Shown here piece by piece: positions 11,081-21,724 of a stretch of DNA of 56,060 nucleotides (the first letter of the stretch is position 1; every line of letters starts with the position of its first letter). The translations under genes and the position numbers were made by a program. The notes beneath the pieces are model-generated. The model was not told the origin of the DNA, did not search any database, and saw only the letters and a program-made list of their open reading frames with translations. This stretch comes from Halocafeteria seosinensis (taxonomy: Eukaryota), in the NCBI GenBank assembly GCA_001687465.1, contig LVLI01000362.1, forward strand, positions 1 to 56,060, read 5' to 3'.

Positions 11081-12652
11081 ATGTCGGTCTCCTCCAGTCC
11101 TTCGGGTGTGGGCGGCAAGCCGGCGGAAACGGAGGACTCGAGCTCATGGCGGACTCGCTTGGAACGTACAGTGGATGAACGGCGAGAGCAACTGAAATAT
11201 CAACGGTCGCTCACCGGTAAAATCAATGCCCTCAATGAACAACTAGAAAAATGGGAGCTACAAGAGGAGGCCAATAAAGATGTTTCCTCGGAGAATAAGA
11301 ACGAAATCAACCTGCTGCTTCATAGCAAGAAAAAGAAAAACCATAAACCTTCCCAGGATGAGTCCGTCACTCGGCAGCTCAGGATGGAGCGAGAGCAGGA
11401 AGCCTCCTCTCAGACTCGAAATGCTCTTTCTACGATTCGCAAAGCTCTTTCGACGACGGATGAACCTTGGAAATCGCTACAGGAAAAGTGGAGAAATAAT
11501 CCGTGGCTTTGGCCCGATCCGGACCCAGCAGCCACAGATGTAATTCCGGTGGTGTCGCCAAAATATCGAAGGTGGGCCCGCCGAAATCAGGGTAAGACTG
11601 AGGAAGAAAAGGAAGAGGAGAGGTTGCGGGAGGAGTATGAATATATTCAAGCGTTGCTAGGCAAAGGACAAGCGTACTTTGATGCAAAAACCAAGGCACC
11701 CAAACGACGCTATAGTTTTGGCAGGTTCATTACCCGGCCGACTAACCAACAGCAACTAAAACGAAAGGACTATAGAAGGCGACCGCGGGCCAATTCCATA
11801 GCGTATTCACCGAAACGTTACCCGGAGAACTTGTCCGCCATACGCCTGTACAACTGTCGGTTAGCTACCATGTCTCTCCATGAACTGATGCAATTTTGCC
11901 GCGCTGCGGAGATTACCGACGAACTCGATGAAGGGCGGCTCCCACGAGAGATGCCCCTGGAAAAGTCTCCAGTGGGGACAACACATCGCGATTTATTTGT
12001 GATGAAAATGGTGAGACGATCGACACAGCAAATAAAGGAAAGAGGAGCTGAGGTTGACGCGTTAGACAATCGAGTCAACCGTATTATGACTAGTCTCAAG
12101 AAAGCTGCCGAGAAAAAAGCACGGCCTGTGCAACTGATGACAGCTCCCGCACATGCGTTTCCGAGGTACACGAGTTCTGGGGTGCCAAGCGAGTATGATG
12201 GCAACGATGTTCGCTCTGGTTTCGGACCCGGATTATCTGTGAGGGATGATGTCGCGGGAGACGAAACCGAGTGCATTCCGGAGGCAACGGACAGGAAAAG
12301 GACCATGGCAGATCGGGGTCAAGTTTATAGCGATGCGTTCGCAGACACCACCAGTTATCGTCCCCTGCGGCATAAGGCCCAATCCCTGAGTCCCTCCAGT
12401 TTCCGTTTGAATGTGGCGGAGCTAGAAAGAGCGCATCAAGAGGAACAGCATCCTCACAGTGCTCGCTCTCACCGGTCGATGGAACGAGATAAATTACCAT
12501 CGCACATTGACCTCGGAACTGTACGAGCTAGCAGTCGACGAGCGTTGGAGACTACAGGTGAGCTAGCTCCATGGGAAGTTACTGCTCGAAGTATCCACCA
12601 ACGGCGGGTGTCTCAGGAAATGTTTGACTTTACCTTGAACACTGAGGACTAA
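11081..12652 (+). CDS. Hypothetical protein, 523 aa, N-terminal coiled-coil and charged
   Basis: Long uninterrupted ATG-initiated ORF. No recognised domain. Confidence 0.7.
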   Translation: MSVSSSPSGVGGKPAETEDSSSWRTRLERTVDERREQLKYQRSLTGKINALNEQLEKWELQEEANKDVSSENKNEINLLLHSKKKKNHKPSQDESVTRQLRMEREQEASSQTRNALSTIRKALSTTDEPWKSLQEKWRNNPWLWPDPDPAATDVIPVVSPKYRRWARRNQGKTEEEKEEERLREEYEYIQALLGKGQAYFDAKTKAPKRRYSFGRFITRPTNQQQLKRKDYRRRPRANSIAYSPKRYPENLSAIRLYNCRLATMSLHELMQFCRAAEITDELDEGRLPREMPLEKSPVGTTHRDLFVMKMVRRSTQQIKERGAEVDALDNRVNRIMTSLKKAAEKKARPVQLMTAPAHAFPRYTSSGVPSEYDGNDVRSGFGPGLSVRDDVAGDETECIPEATDRKRTMADRGQVYSDAFADTTSYRPLRHKAQSLSPSSFRLNVAELERAHQEEQHPHSARSHRSMERDKLPSHIDLGTVRASSRRALETTGELAPWEVTARSIHQRRVSQEMFDFTLNTED

Positions 12653-12703
12653 AGGGAAATCTCGAATAAAGGAGGAAGTGATGATGAAGCTGGAAACCAC
12701 TAG

Positions 12704-12741
12704 GTGGGCTATCTGTCACATATGTGTGTGTGTGTGTGTCT
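12704..12741 (+). mobile_element. Retroposon copy B, severely 5'-truncated, with perfect 9-bp TSD
   Basis: gtgggctatctgtcacatat(gt)n flanked by aaccactag at 12695-12703 and 12742-12750. Confidence 0.75.
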
Positions 12742-12890
12742 AACCACTAGAAGTTTGAAATTTTCCTTGTGGAGTCATACAAAATTTGGGTTGTACCTCA
12801 CCACCCTACACTAACACCTGGCCTAGTGATGGCAGCCTGTAACCTACTCGTCTTTCGGTAGGAGCAATACTAATACACATCGTGATGAAG

Positions 12891-12913
12891 ACACATGTGC
12901 CAGATAGCCCACC
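12891..12913 (-). mobile_element. Retroposon copy C (short 3'-end fragment, inverted relative to B)
   Basis: Reverse complement reads ggtgggctatctggcacatgtgt, nearly identical to the core of copy B. Confidence 0.55.
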
Positions 12914-13628
12914 TCCAAAGAGACTACCTCGCAACTGGTGTTTTAGCCAAGCCTTCCTTCGCTAATTCGCTCATGCTTTCATACGATACTTCGTGGACAT
13001 CATTAAAACCATAACCTCCACTCACAAGTTGGATGCTAGATCTATGTAAAAACCTTTTTCGAACTGAATCGAATATACCACACGGTAGACTCCGCACCGC
13101 AGTCAGAGCCAGAGCCAGAGCTGGTTTCTCGCTCCCTCTCTGTATTTGTGTCTTTTCCGTGGGTGGGCATGTTTACATGAACACAATGTAGTATACTTCT
13201 GTCCTTCCCTCCCATTTCCCAACGTCTCCCGCATCCTCTTCGCTCCGCTTCTTTTTAAAGGTCGCTATGTGAACTGCACGAAGGTGACAGCTGCGCAACT
13301 TCAACTTCAACAAACGACGGCTCCATATTCCGCGGACCGCACAGACAGTCTTTGAGTGAATGGAGGTTGGTTATGCACATGTCTCAATTGTCTTTATTTT
13401 GGTTGTTGGGTGTCTTGGGAGTGAGAACGCAGCGGTTGCGACGCGTCAAGCCATCGAGAGAGAGGCTGTCATGGCATGCTTTTTGTAATTTATTTCAAGG
13501 GGAGCGCGCAGGGTAAGTGCTTCCCCAGTACTTTGTTCATGGGCCGCAGTGCTCGTAATTAGAGCCTTTGGCAGCATAATCGCCACCGTATTCGGTACAT
13601 ACCTCACCTAGGTACCTCCTGGTGAAAA

Positions 13629-15443
13629 ATGCAGGTTGAATCGATGGCTGAAAAGCTCTGGAAAATCTGGCGGGAGAGCCAGAGTAGCTCTTCAGGATCA
13701 CTTCGAGGGTCCATTACAACCTGTAATTGGATCATTCCAGGTGTTTTACTGGCCGGCGGCTATCCAGGTAGTTCAAACTCAGAGGAGCATGAGAGTGTCA
13801 TTGAAGCACTGGTGAAATCGTCGGGCGTGACAACGTTTGTCTGCCTTCAATGCCGGGATGAATTGGAGGACAATTTGGCACCTTATATGCCAATTGCAGC
13901 CAGAATTGCCCGGGATACAAAGCGTCCCAAGAAATTTAAGGCCCATGAATCTTCGTTCATGTTAACTGATTTGGGAGAGCAATCCCCGCAACAGCAGCAC
14001 AAGCCCGACGTTCAAAGGTCCGCCTCGTTTAGTAGCGTAATCCATCGATTCGAGGAACTAGGGGATATGGAATCGACTCGATGGTCAGTAGATAGTACAC
14101 ACAGTCAAGATAGTAGAAATTATGACCAGGAAGAAGAAATATATGGTCATGACCCAGAAAGGGATCAGCTCTTCGCGCCCGAGCAACAGCGGCGCAAGCG
14201 AAGCAAGACACAAACTACGGAGGAGGAGCTAACATCCTTTCCTCCAGTGCAACATTCGGAGACGCTAGGTGAAGCTAGGCAAAGAACACGTACTGACTCG
14301 TGGTTTGAGTCCGCGGCTGGTGATCTGTTTAATGCTGGCCACTGGTATCACTCTGACCCTGAACACGAACGGGAAGGATCGTATGACCATTTCTCCACCA
14401 GAACAGCTGGACCGTTCTTCTTGACTGAGGACGGCGTTACACAGCTTTACTTTCCCATTAGAGATGGCGAAATAGCTGATGATGCATATGTAATGACTCT
14501 TGTACAGCATTTGGGCTTACGGATTGCAAAAGCAATGAAGATAAACGAAGATAACTTGTCCCTTTTGCAGCGGAGTAAGGAGAGGAGTAAGAGCAAACCT
14601 TCTACCAAGCTTTGGAAGCGGCAGTTCTCCAGAGCCAAGTCCAGTGGCAATATTTTCGATAATGGTAAAGAGGACGCCAACCACCAGCAGGTAATTCCGG
14701 GCAATATAATATCGCCTCAGACCGATGATGGCTGCTCTACCCCAGACAGTTTCTTCGTCGACGATAACCCGTTCCAGGCAGATATGATAAATAGGTATCG
14801 GCAGCAGAGTACGGATTCGTCTAATGATGAAGGGGCACTTATCGAGAACGGACATATTGCGATGCCCAACAGGGAGCGTGCTTCAACGACACCACGTCCA
14901 GAATTCGTTTCTTTTGATCGCGTGGAAGACTTGCCTCGTCGGGATTCCGAAGGTGGTGGACACATCAGCGGTACGCAACCTCCCTCTCCAGATAGCCGTT
15001 TCAAGCGGCCATTCGTCCGGTCTTCTTCCGATAGTTTTGATGTATCGGACAATTCTGACCCGAGTTACTTGTCGAGTAGTGTCTGTGGCAACGGAAGTGA
15101 AGATGAGACACCGAACTCCCCAGGAAATCTAAGTAGGAAGTCCGCCATCAAACAGATGAAGCCTCATGAAGTGTTTTACGTTCACTGCTACGGAGGCCAT
15201 GGACGTACAGGGACTATTGTGAGTCTTCTCTTGGTGGCTCTTTTTGGTATTGACGGAGAGACGGCCATGCAGTTTGTGAATCATGCTCATAGCTTCCGCG
15301 TGAGATACAGCGAGTATCCTTCTCCCGAGTCGTATGAGCAGGTTCAGCAAGTCTTGCGCTTGACTCCTAGATTACAGCATCTTCACCTTGCGAAGAGTCA
15401 CACCGCTAACGGTGGTGGCGTACACAGCCCTATGCATAGATAA
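13629..15443 (+). CDS. Dual-specificity/protein tyrosine phosphatase (CX5R) with long low-complexity insertions
   Basis: Catalytic loop VFYVHCYGGHGRTG, N-terminal CNWIIPGVLLAGGYPG..GVTTFVCLQ, acid-loop-like LYFPIRDG, and C-terminal SPESYEQVQQV. Confidence 0.85.
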   Translation: MQVESMAEKLWKIWRESQSSSSGSLRGSITTCNWIIPGVLLAGGYPGSSNSEEHESVIEALVKSSGVTTFVCLQCRDELEDNLAPYMPIAARIARDTKRPKKFKAHESSFMLTDLGEQSPQQQHKPDVQRSASFSSVIHRFEELGDMESTRWSVDSTHSQDSRNYDQEEEIYGHDPERDQLFAPEQQRRKRSKTQTTEEELTSFPPVQHSETLGEARQRTRTDSWFESAAGDLFNAGHWYHSDPEHEREGSYDHFSTRTAGPFFLTEDGVTQLYFPIRDGEIADDAYVMTLVQHLGLRIAKAMKINEDNLSLLQRSKERSKSKPSTKLWKRQFSRAKSSGNIFDNGKEDANHQQVIPGNIISPQTDDGCSTPDSFFVDDNPFQADMINRYRQQSTDSSNDEGALIENGHIAMPNRERASTTPRPEFVSFDRVEDLPRRDSEGGGHISGTQPPSPDSRFKRPFVRSSSDSFDVSDNSDPSYLSSSVCGNGSEDETPNSPGNLSRKSAIKQMKPHEVFYVHCYGGHGRTGTIVSLLLVALFGIDGETAMQFVNHAHSFRVRYSEYPSPESYEQVQQVLRLTPRLQHLHLAKSHTANGGGVHSPMHR

Positions 15444-16449
15444 GGTAGATGGGGTCGAAGAAATTCCACACTGAGTATTAGGGAACTTGAGAGTGTATTA
15501 CCAAGTCTAGCATGTAATTGAGTGCTATTTTCAGTTAGTTCAACGTGGAATCAAAATCGCATGAGTTGTAATAGACCACTCTCTGCTCTGTTGTGGAATA
15601 ACCATTGCGTTGCCTGCTAGGCTTGGGGCAGAACCTCATTCTGGGGGTTGTAACTCAGAGCCTACTTCGTTAAGTGAACTGCTCGTATGAGAGCATTTGC
15701 GGCGTATCATAAGCGAGCACTTTCCCCTTTAAATGCTTCGCTGCTTCGCCTGTTGAACTTCTGTCACGTCATCCAGCTACCAGTCGGGACCTTCTAGAGC
15801 TGCATATTCCAATAATTTAACGGCATAATTTGGCCTCTTATCACCTCTGTTCATGATCATCGTTCGCCTCTGAATTCCTGGATTCCTCTTGTTCTTGCCT
15901 CACTTCACTTTGTGGCTGTGGTTCCTCCAACAAGGTCCTCAGCCTGTCTTTATCCACGCGGTCTTTTATGTGCACCATGTGTTTTCTGGCAAAAAGTCCA
16001 GCGTGCCATTATGATTTACATACGTGCTCATACAGGACAATGCTTACCTGTGCTCTGTGCTGAATTGGTCCACATTAAAGTGAGAATTGTAATAAAGTCC
16101 AATGCAGAGAGCACACATGCACCACCACATGACAGTCTGTGTCGACTTTTTCTTTGTTCCGCCTCTCATATTACCTACTAAAAATTCATTGGGAAATACT
16201 GTAAATGAAAAAGGAAGAGAGATATCAACAAGAATTCTCCAATTCTTCTTCTTGGGGGCATTTACAGAGCGTCTTTTGGTAGCCTGTGAACCTTGAAGTT
16301 GCAGATATGCAAAAGCCCCTTCCAGTCTTTCGTAACGATGATTAAGCGGGGGATTGATTGATTGATGGAAGCACGACGAGGAAAAGGAAAAGAGAATTCT
16401 GCACTGTCTGACAGGGAAAGGTATTCTCATTTGCTGTATACACAGTGGT

Positions 16450-19273
16450 TTGGGCGCCATGGAGGGAGACGGCCATCAGCAGCGCAGTTCCCACCATGGC
16501 TTTGGAAGCCCTACACGGCACCCCCACAACGCCCACACCAGTTCCAGGGGTCCCGGAGGGACGTTTTCCTCACTTCAACATCATCGGTCGGACGAGAATG
16601 CAGGAAGCGCAGCCGCGGCGGCGGCCAGCGCGAGAGCCTCTGTGGAGGACTTCCCAGCCGTAAGTCAGGATCCTTTATTGTCCTTTGGGGAGGAGGATGC
16701 ATGGCGGTCGCCCGGATCTGCTCCGGAACTGAGATATTCGAGAAACAAGGGGGATAGAATCGTGGGAGGAATGAAATCGGAAGATATCTTATTACATCGG
16801 CGCACGGAACAGAGTGCGAGGGCCAACGTTGCGACTTCAAGCATCAGTTTGGAAGGAAATGGCGCCCCCGATGTCGGCATCAATGGGAGACAGAATGGGC
16901 CCACGACGCAAGTACACCAAGGTGAATCCTCGTCCCATTTTCGACAATTTGCATCTCCGTCTCCCATACGGTCCCATCACTCGGCAATGAGGCCATCCAA
17001 CTTTGCTAGAACAGCAAACAAACTGAACAAGACGTCTTCCTTGACCAGATCTAGAACCCCACACACAGGCCCGAACACGTCGAATCTGGAGAACACTAGG
17101 GGTGAACAGGCTCGTCCTTTCTCCAATTCCATTCGAATGGGAGAGCATAATCAGCGTTCGACCAATTCCCTGGGTCTGTCTGTTGGGGCGTTTGGTGGAG
17201 CCAACATATCGGCTCAACAGCGCCTACCTGCTTCCAGGCAATCAGAAACTAGTGCATCCCGCAACTCTGCATCGAGGAGTTCCACCCATTACAGCCAGGA
17301 ACAGAATTCGGAGGATGTGTTCGGCGACAGCTGCACTCTCTCCCAGCCAAGTATTCATCAATGGTACTCCATGAGCCCGCGAACTCCATCGGCCACGAAA
17401 GAGACCTATTCACCGCCCTCATCTTCCGAAAGCAATCAGTCTTCGCTCTTCTCTAGAGAGTCTACTTCGAACAATAGCAGGAAGAGTGGTTTCAACGTCC
17501 ACAACGGCCCTCCAAAGACGGCATCCGATGACCCGAGTATGTTCCAAAGACGGGAATTGTCCCGGGAATCTTCAAATACCGACATTGTTGACCCTGCTGC
17601 TCCCAATTTTCGGACTTCAGCTGCAAGCAGGGAAGGACACCAAACTACAGACTCCTTACCGCATAGCTCTACGAATGGGACATTTTTGTCCAACCCTGGA
17701 CGAGCATCGTCTCCTACTGGAGCATTACAAGGAAGTGATCGCCATTCTGAAAGTGATCAGCATCTGAGAACGCGATCACGTTCGGCTAAAGTCCGTCGAG
17801 ACGGCTCAAAAATGGAGAAGTCGTCCAAGGTGGGTCAAACCCGCAAAGCAGCTAGTGCTAGGCCACGTAGGTCATGGCTGACATTTTCTCATCGTCCTCC
17901 AACAAGGCAGAGGAACATCTTACCGAACAGTATAGACGATTTGAATACTCTGACCGAATCCTTCCAGAATACTACGAGTACACGTGCCCAAGCGATTTGG
18001 AAAGAGCTGGCATCTTACCGCGAGGAGGTTTCTTCGAGAGCACGAGGGGAGAGTCATTCCCAAAACGGGAGTGATGGACGACGCCAAAACGGCAAAGCCA
18101 GTTATTCGACTACTGGCATACGTTCGATGAATTCTATGAATACCGGATTTGACATCCCTGTCGCAATACGGGAGGAAGAATCGGGGGATGAGAACAGCGA
18201 TTCAGATCAGAAGACGTCTCGTCGTTCCTCAAGTCAGACGCACAGATACGAAAATACAGGTACTATCCCTCCGAACCGGTCTCATCATTTCGAGACATAT
18301 GATTCCCCTGCCGAACGAGATGGGTTTGTGAATATGCCAGTGACGTATGATGTGCCAATCAATGTCTCCTATACTCGCCGGAGCCGCATACAATCAGCTG
18401 CGGCTAGGGCTAACATTAAATCAAAACCAAATCTTGAAGGGAAAGCATCGGCACAGAAAAAACCAGTAGAGACCACAACATCCACTAAACCCAATAGAGG
18501 GACCAGCGCACGCCAATATGGAGCTGCGAAGCTCCGTCAGACTAGTAGCGCTCGACCGCGACAGCAAATGCTCTCTCGAGACAATACGAAAACCTCCAGT
18601 TCCAGCGAAACTACTTCCAGGGTCAGCCTTAACAACTTATCAATTTCTGAAGCGTATGCTGCCGGTGTAGAATCTGCTTCTGCACTCACAAGAGGGCCTA
18701 ACGGTGCCGTTCGCGATGAAGACGCCGACCCACGTCCAAGTACAGAGGAGAAACCGGGAGAGACCAACGGAAAAGCACGTCAGAGTAGTTCTGAGGAGTC
18801 TCATAAAGTAAAGGAAGCGGAAAAAACCACCGAGCAGTCTGAGGGAGATACGCTTACCTCTCCGAGGAACGCCTCACGTCGCGATGTCCTCAAACAGGTT
18901 CAAGATGAGATGCTAGAGTGGGAGCGACAGATGATGATTAAGAGAGGATCCGCCTCCGACGGTCGTGAAGGAGAAAACGATGTGGATGTGCAAGACAGGA
19001 TTGACTTCGATGACATCTTTATTGAGAGTTCCGATGGTGAGGAATCGTCAGGAGAATGGTCAACGGAGAATGAGGAAGGTGACGACGAAGCCGAAGAGGG
19101 ACAAGAGGAGGACGATGAATCCCTTGCGAATCAAATAGGTAAGCGGTTTTTATGTGAGACTTTGAATAGTATTATTGCAGTCACAGTGGAATGATCTGCC
19201 TCCAGGCTCGGCACTGGGTGATGACTTTTTATACCTCTTTGGAGGCGACGAAGAGGAGGATGGTGAGACGTAG
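16450..19273 (+). CDS. Large Ser/Arg-rich disordered protein with acidic C-terminus (probable intron 19139-19205)
   Basis: 914-codon ORF. Donor gtaagc at 19139 and acceptor ctccag at 19205 give a last exon (G)SALGDDFLYLFGGDEEEDGET*. Confidence 0.7.
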
Positions 19274-19293
19274 TGGCAGATGTGATTGGGTTG

Positions 19294-20145
19294 TTATTCT
19301 ACTTGTTCGAGAGCAGTTTCAACAAGGGTAGCGAAATGCCCTGGGTCTTGTGCCCCCGAGGTAGTATACTCTTTCGAAGTCTTTGTTCCTCCTTCTGCTT
19401 TGATGATGAAAAACGGGACACCTCTAATGCCATATCTTTCTTGGTATGATCTGATGGTATTCTCTACTTCATCCTTTCCCTGGTTGGATTTCAGGTATTG
19501 TTCAGCTTCTTTTTTGTCGAGTCCGACTTCTTCAATAGCGTCCAGCAGCATGGCGTGATCACCAATGTTGCCATTTTCTTCGAACTGCAACAGAACAGCG
19601 CCAGGGTGGTAATACTGTAGCCTGGAACGGAACGCCGGTTGTTCACACTTACATAGCGTTTGAAAAGGATCTGCATGTAGTCATTATGCTTCGTTTCATC
19701 TTTCTGTGCAACCCATTCAACGAGGCGATGGGCATCAATGGTGTTGGCTGAGGTGTTATCCCACTGCAGAATGAACCATCGGAGAGAGACGGTGGAAAAC
19801 ACATACACACAAACGCCCCACAGACAAGTCGGTTTCGGTGCATACCTTGAAGTCTATGTTCTCTTCTCGTCCAGCTTCTTGCAGATGCTGCTGTAGAGCA
19901 TGCATACGCTCTGGACCAAATTTTTTGCGCAAGGCATCCTTGGTTTTCACTCCTTCTTTCGGCATCGTCGGATCCAGTTGAAAAGGCTGCCACCGCAGGT
20001 TTAACTGGGTTCTGTCTAGGAGATCCTGATTCTCCTTGCGCAATTGCTCCCATCCCTTGAAAAAGCGTCTATATCCCACATAACACCATGGGCAGACGAT
20101 GTCGGAGACAATGTCAACTTGGAGTTTGAGGTGATTACTACTCAT
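19294..20145 (-). CDS. DsbA/FrnE-like thioredoxin-fold oxidoreductase (3 exons)
   Basis: VDIVSDIVCPWCYVG (CxxC), WQPFQLDP, NTIDAHRL, GIRGVPFFII (cis-Pro loop) and SGAQ. Confidence 0.9.
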
Positions 20146-21724
20146 TGTCTTACCACCGTCGCGACACCAGATTCAGCGTACACTAGCGTAATGAACAATA
20201 GAGTGGATTATCAAGCCATCACGGTCATAAAATTGCGTGTATAATTCTCCTGAAGGCATTGTTCGATGGAAATTCATGGAACAAACCCAACTTCAACTTG
20301 CAAGCAATGGAGGACCACTGGAGGTACACCTGCTACGCATTATGATGCACGTATTCCGACTGCAGTAGTGCAAGAACTAAGCCTCTCATGGATGATAGAT
20401 CCAGCTCGCGGGATTACGGTCGCACAGGACTCTGTCGGGAAGTACCCCAGCATGTTTCATAGGAGGGCACTACGACATCAAGTGTACAATTGTATTGCCT
20501 TCTAGCAAAGCGAAACTTGTATCATTAGATCAGCATCCATGGCATTCTCCAGCAGCAGCGAAACTTAGTCCTCCTCCCCCACTTTACTTGAACGTTGCTT
20601 CTATAATACGACCCTCAATCCTGCCCCATCAGCGACTTTGAGTCCCTTGAATCCCCTGAGGTACAGCATAATTAGCATTGCACTCGGGTCTCGAGTTATG
20701 ATTTGGTTCGTTCATTTCTTGCATACATTGTGCATTGAGTTCCCCTACTCGGGAAGGTTCCATGCTTCCAGTCCGCGTGCATTTAGCTTGGCAGAATGTT
20801 CCACGAGCAAGGGGCTGGTGCTCCACCCTGTAGCAGCTGTGTTATGCCGTCCATACTGCCTTATGCACGTATTGAAAGGAAGCCACTAGGCACTACGCGT
20901 CTTCTGGATGAGCATGAGGGCCGAATGGAGTGACGTACCAACCGAAATGGTAGGATTCATGGGAGTATCTCATCTGTCGCTGCAACGAGCTTGCTCAAAG
21001 CTCATCTACAGACCTGCTGGTGAGCACAGGAGGTCGGTCCACTTGCATGATCGCTCTTGTGTGAGAATTCCAACCCACCACGTCAGATACAGCATGCCGT
21101 CGGAATGGGATCCCGCGTTCTTCTCTGGTGCCACAGGGCTGACGTCGTCAGCCTGATGAGTCCGCCCGCAACGTGGGCCACCCTGGCCCCCTTACCCGTC
21201 TCGTCAATTCCCCACGTTCCCTGGAACTGCTCGAGAACAGAGTTGAAGTGGGATTCCGCATCCTCTGGGCGGGGCGCGGAGAACCTCGTCTTGTCGATGA
21301 GCTATGACCGACACCACCGATCTACCGTCTTGGCGGGAAACAGCTTGAGGAGGGCGGACCATGGAGTTGAACTTGGTGGAACTTTCCATATGAGATTCGT
21401 CAGTCTATTTCATGCCCCTAGCATTGTTTGTACCGTCTGTTCTGGGGGAGACAGCAAGTAGAAACATCACACCTCGTCATAGACGCCTCGTGAGAGGGTG
21501 TATGAACCGAGTGGTCGTTGGAAAAGGCCACACGACTGTCGACGCAAGAGGCGGAGGGACCTTCGTTCGACTCAAAATAAGGCATTTATACGTCTCTAAA
21601 ACTAATTTAATCATACTCAAGGAGTCTATCTGATTGTATCGAAAAGATACAACAAGAAAAGCAGCGGCTTTCACTTGAGAAGTGGAGCTCTTGGTCAGCA
21701 TTTGGACGACAACGGCAACGGAAC

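Noticed and set aside
21150..21200. ctgatgagtcc, a hammerhead ribozyme core-like motif
   Set aside because: No complementary stem II or GAAA follows.
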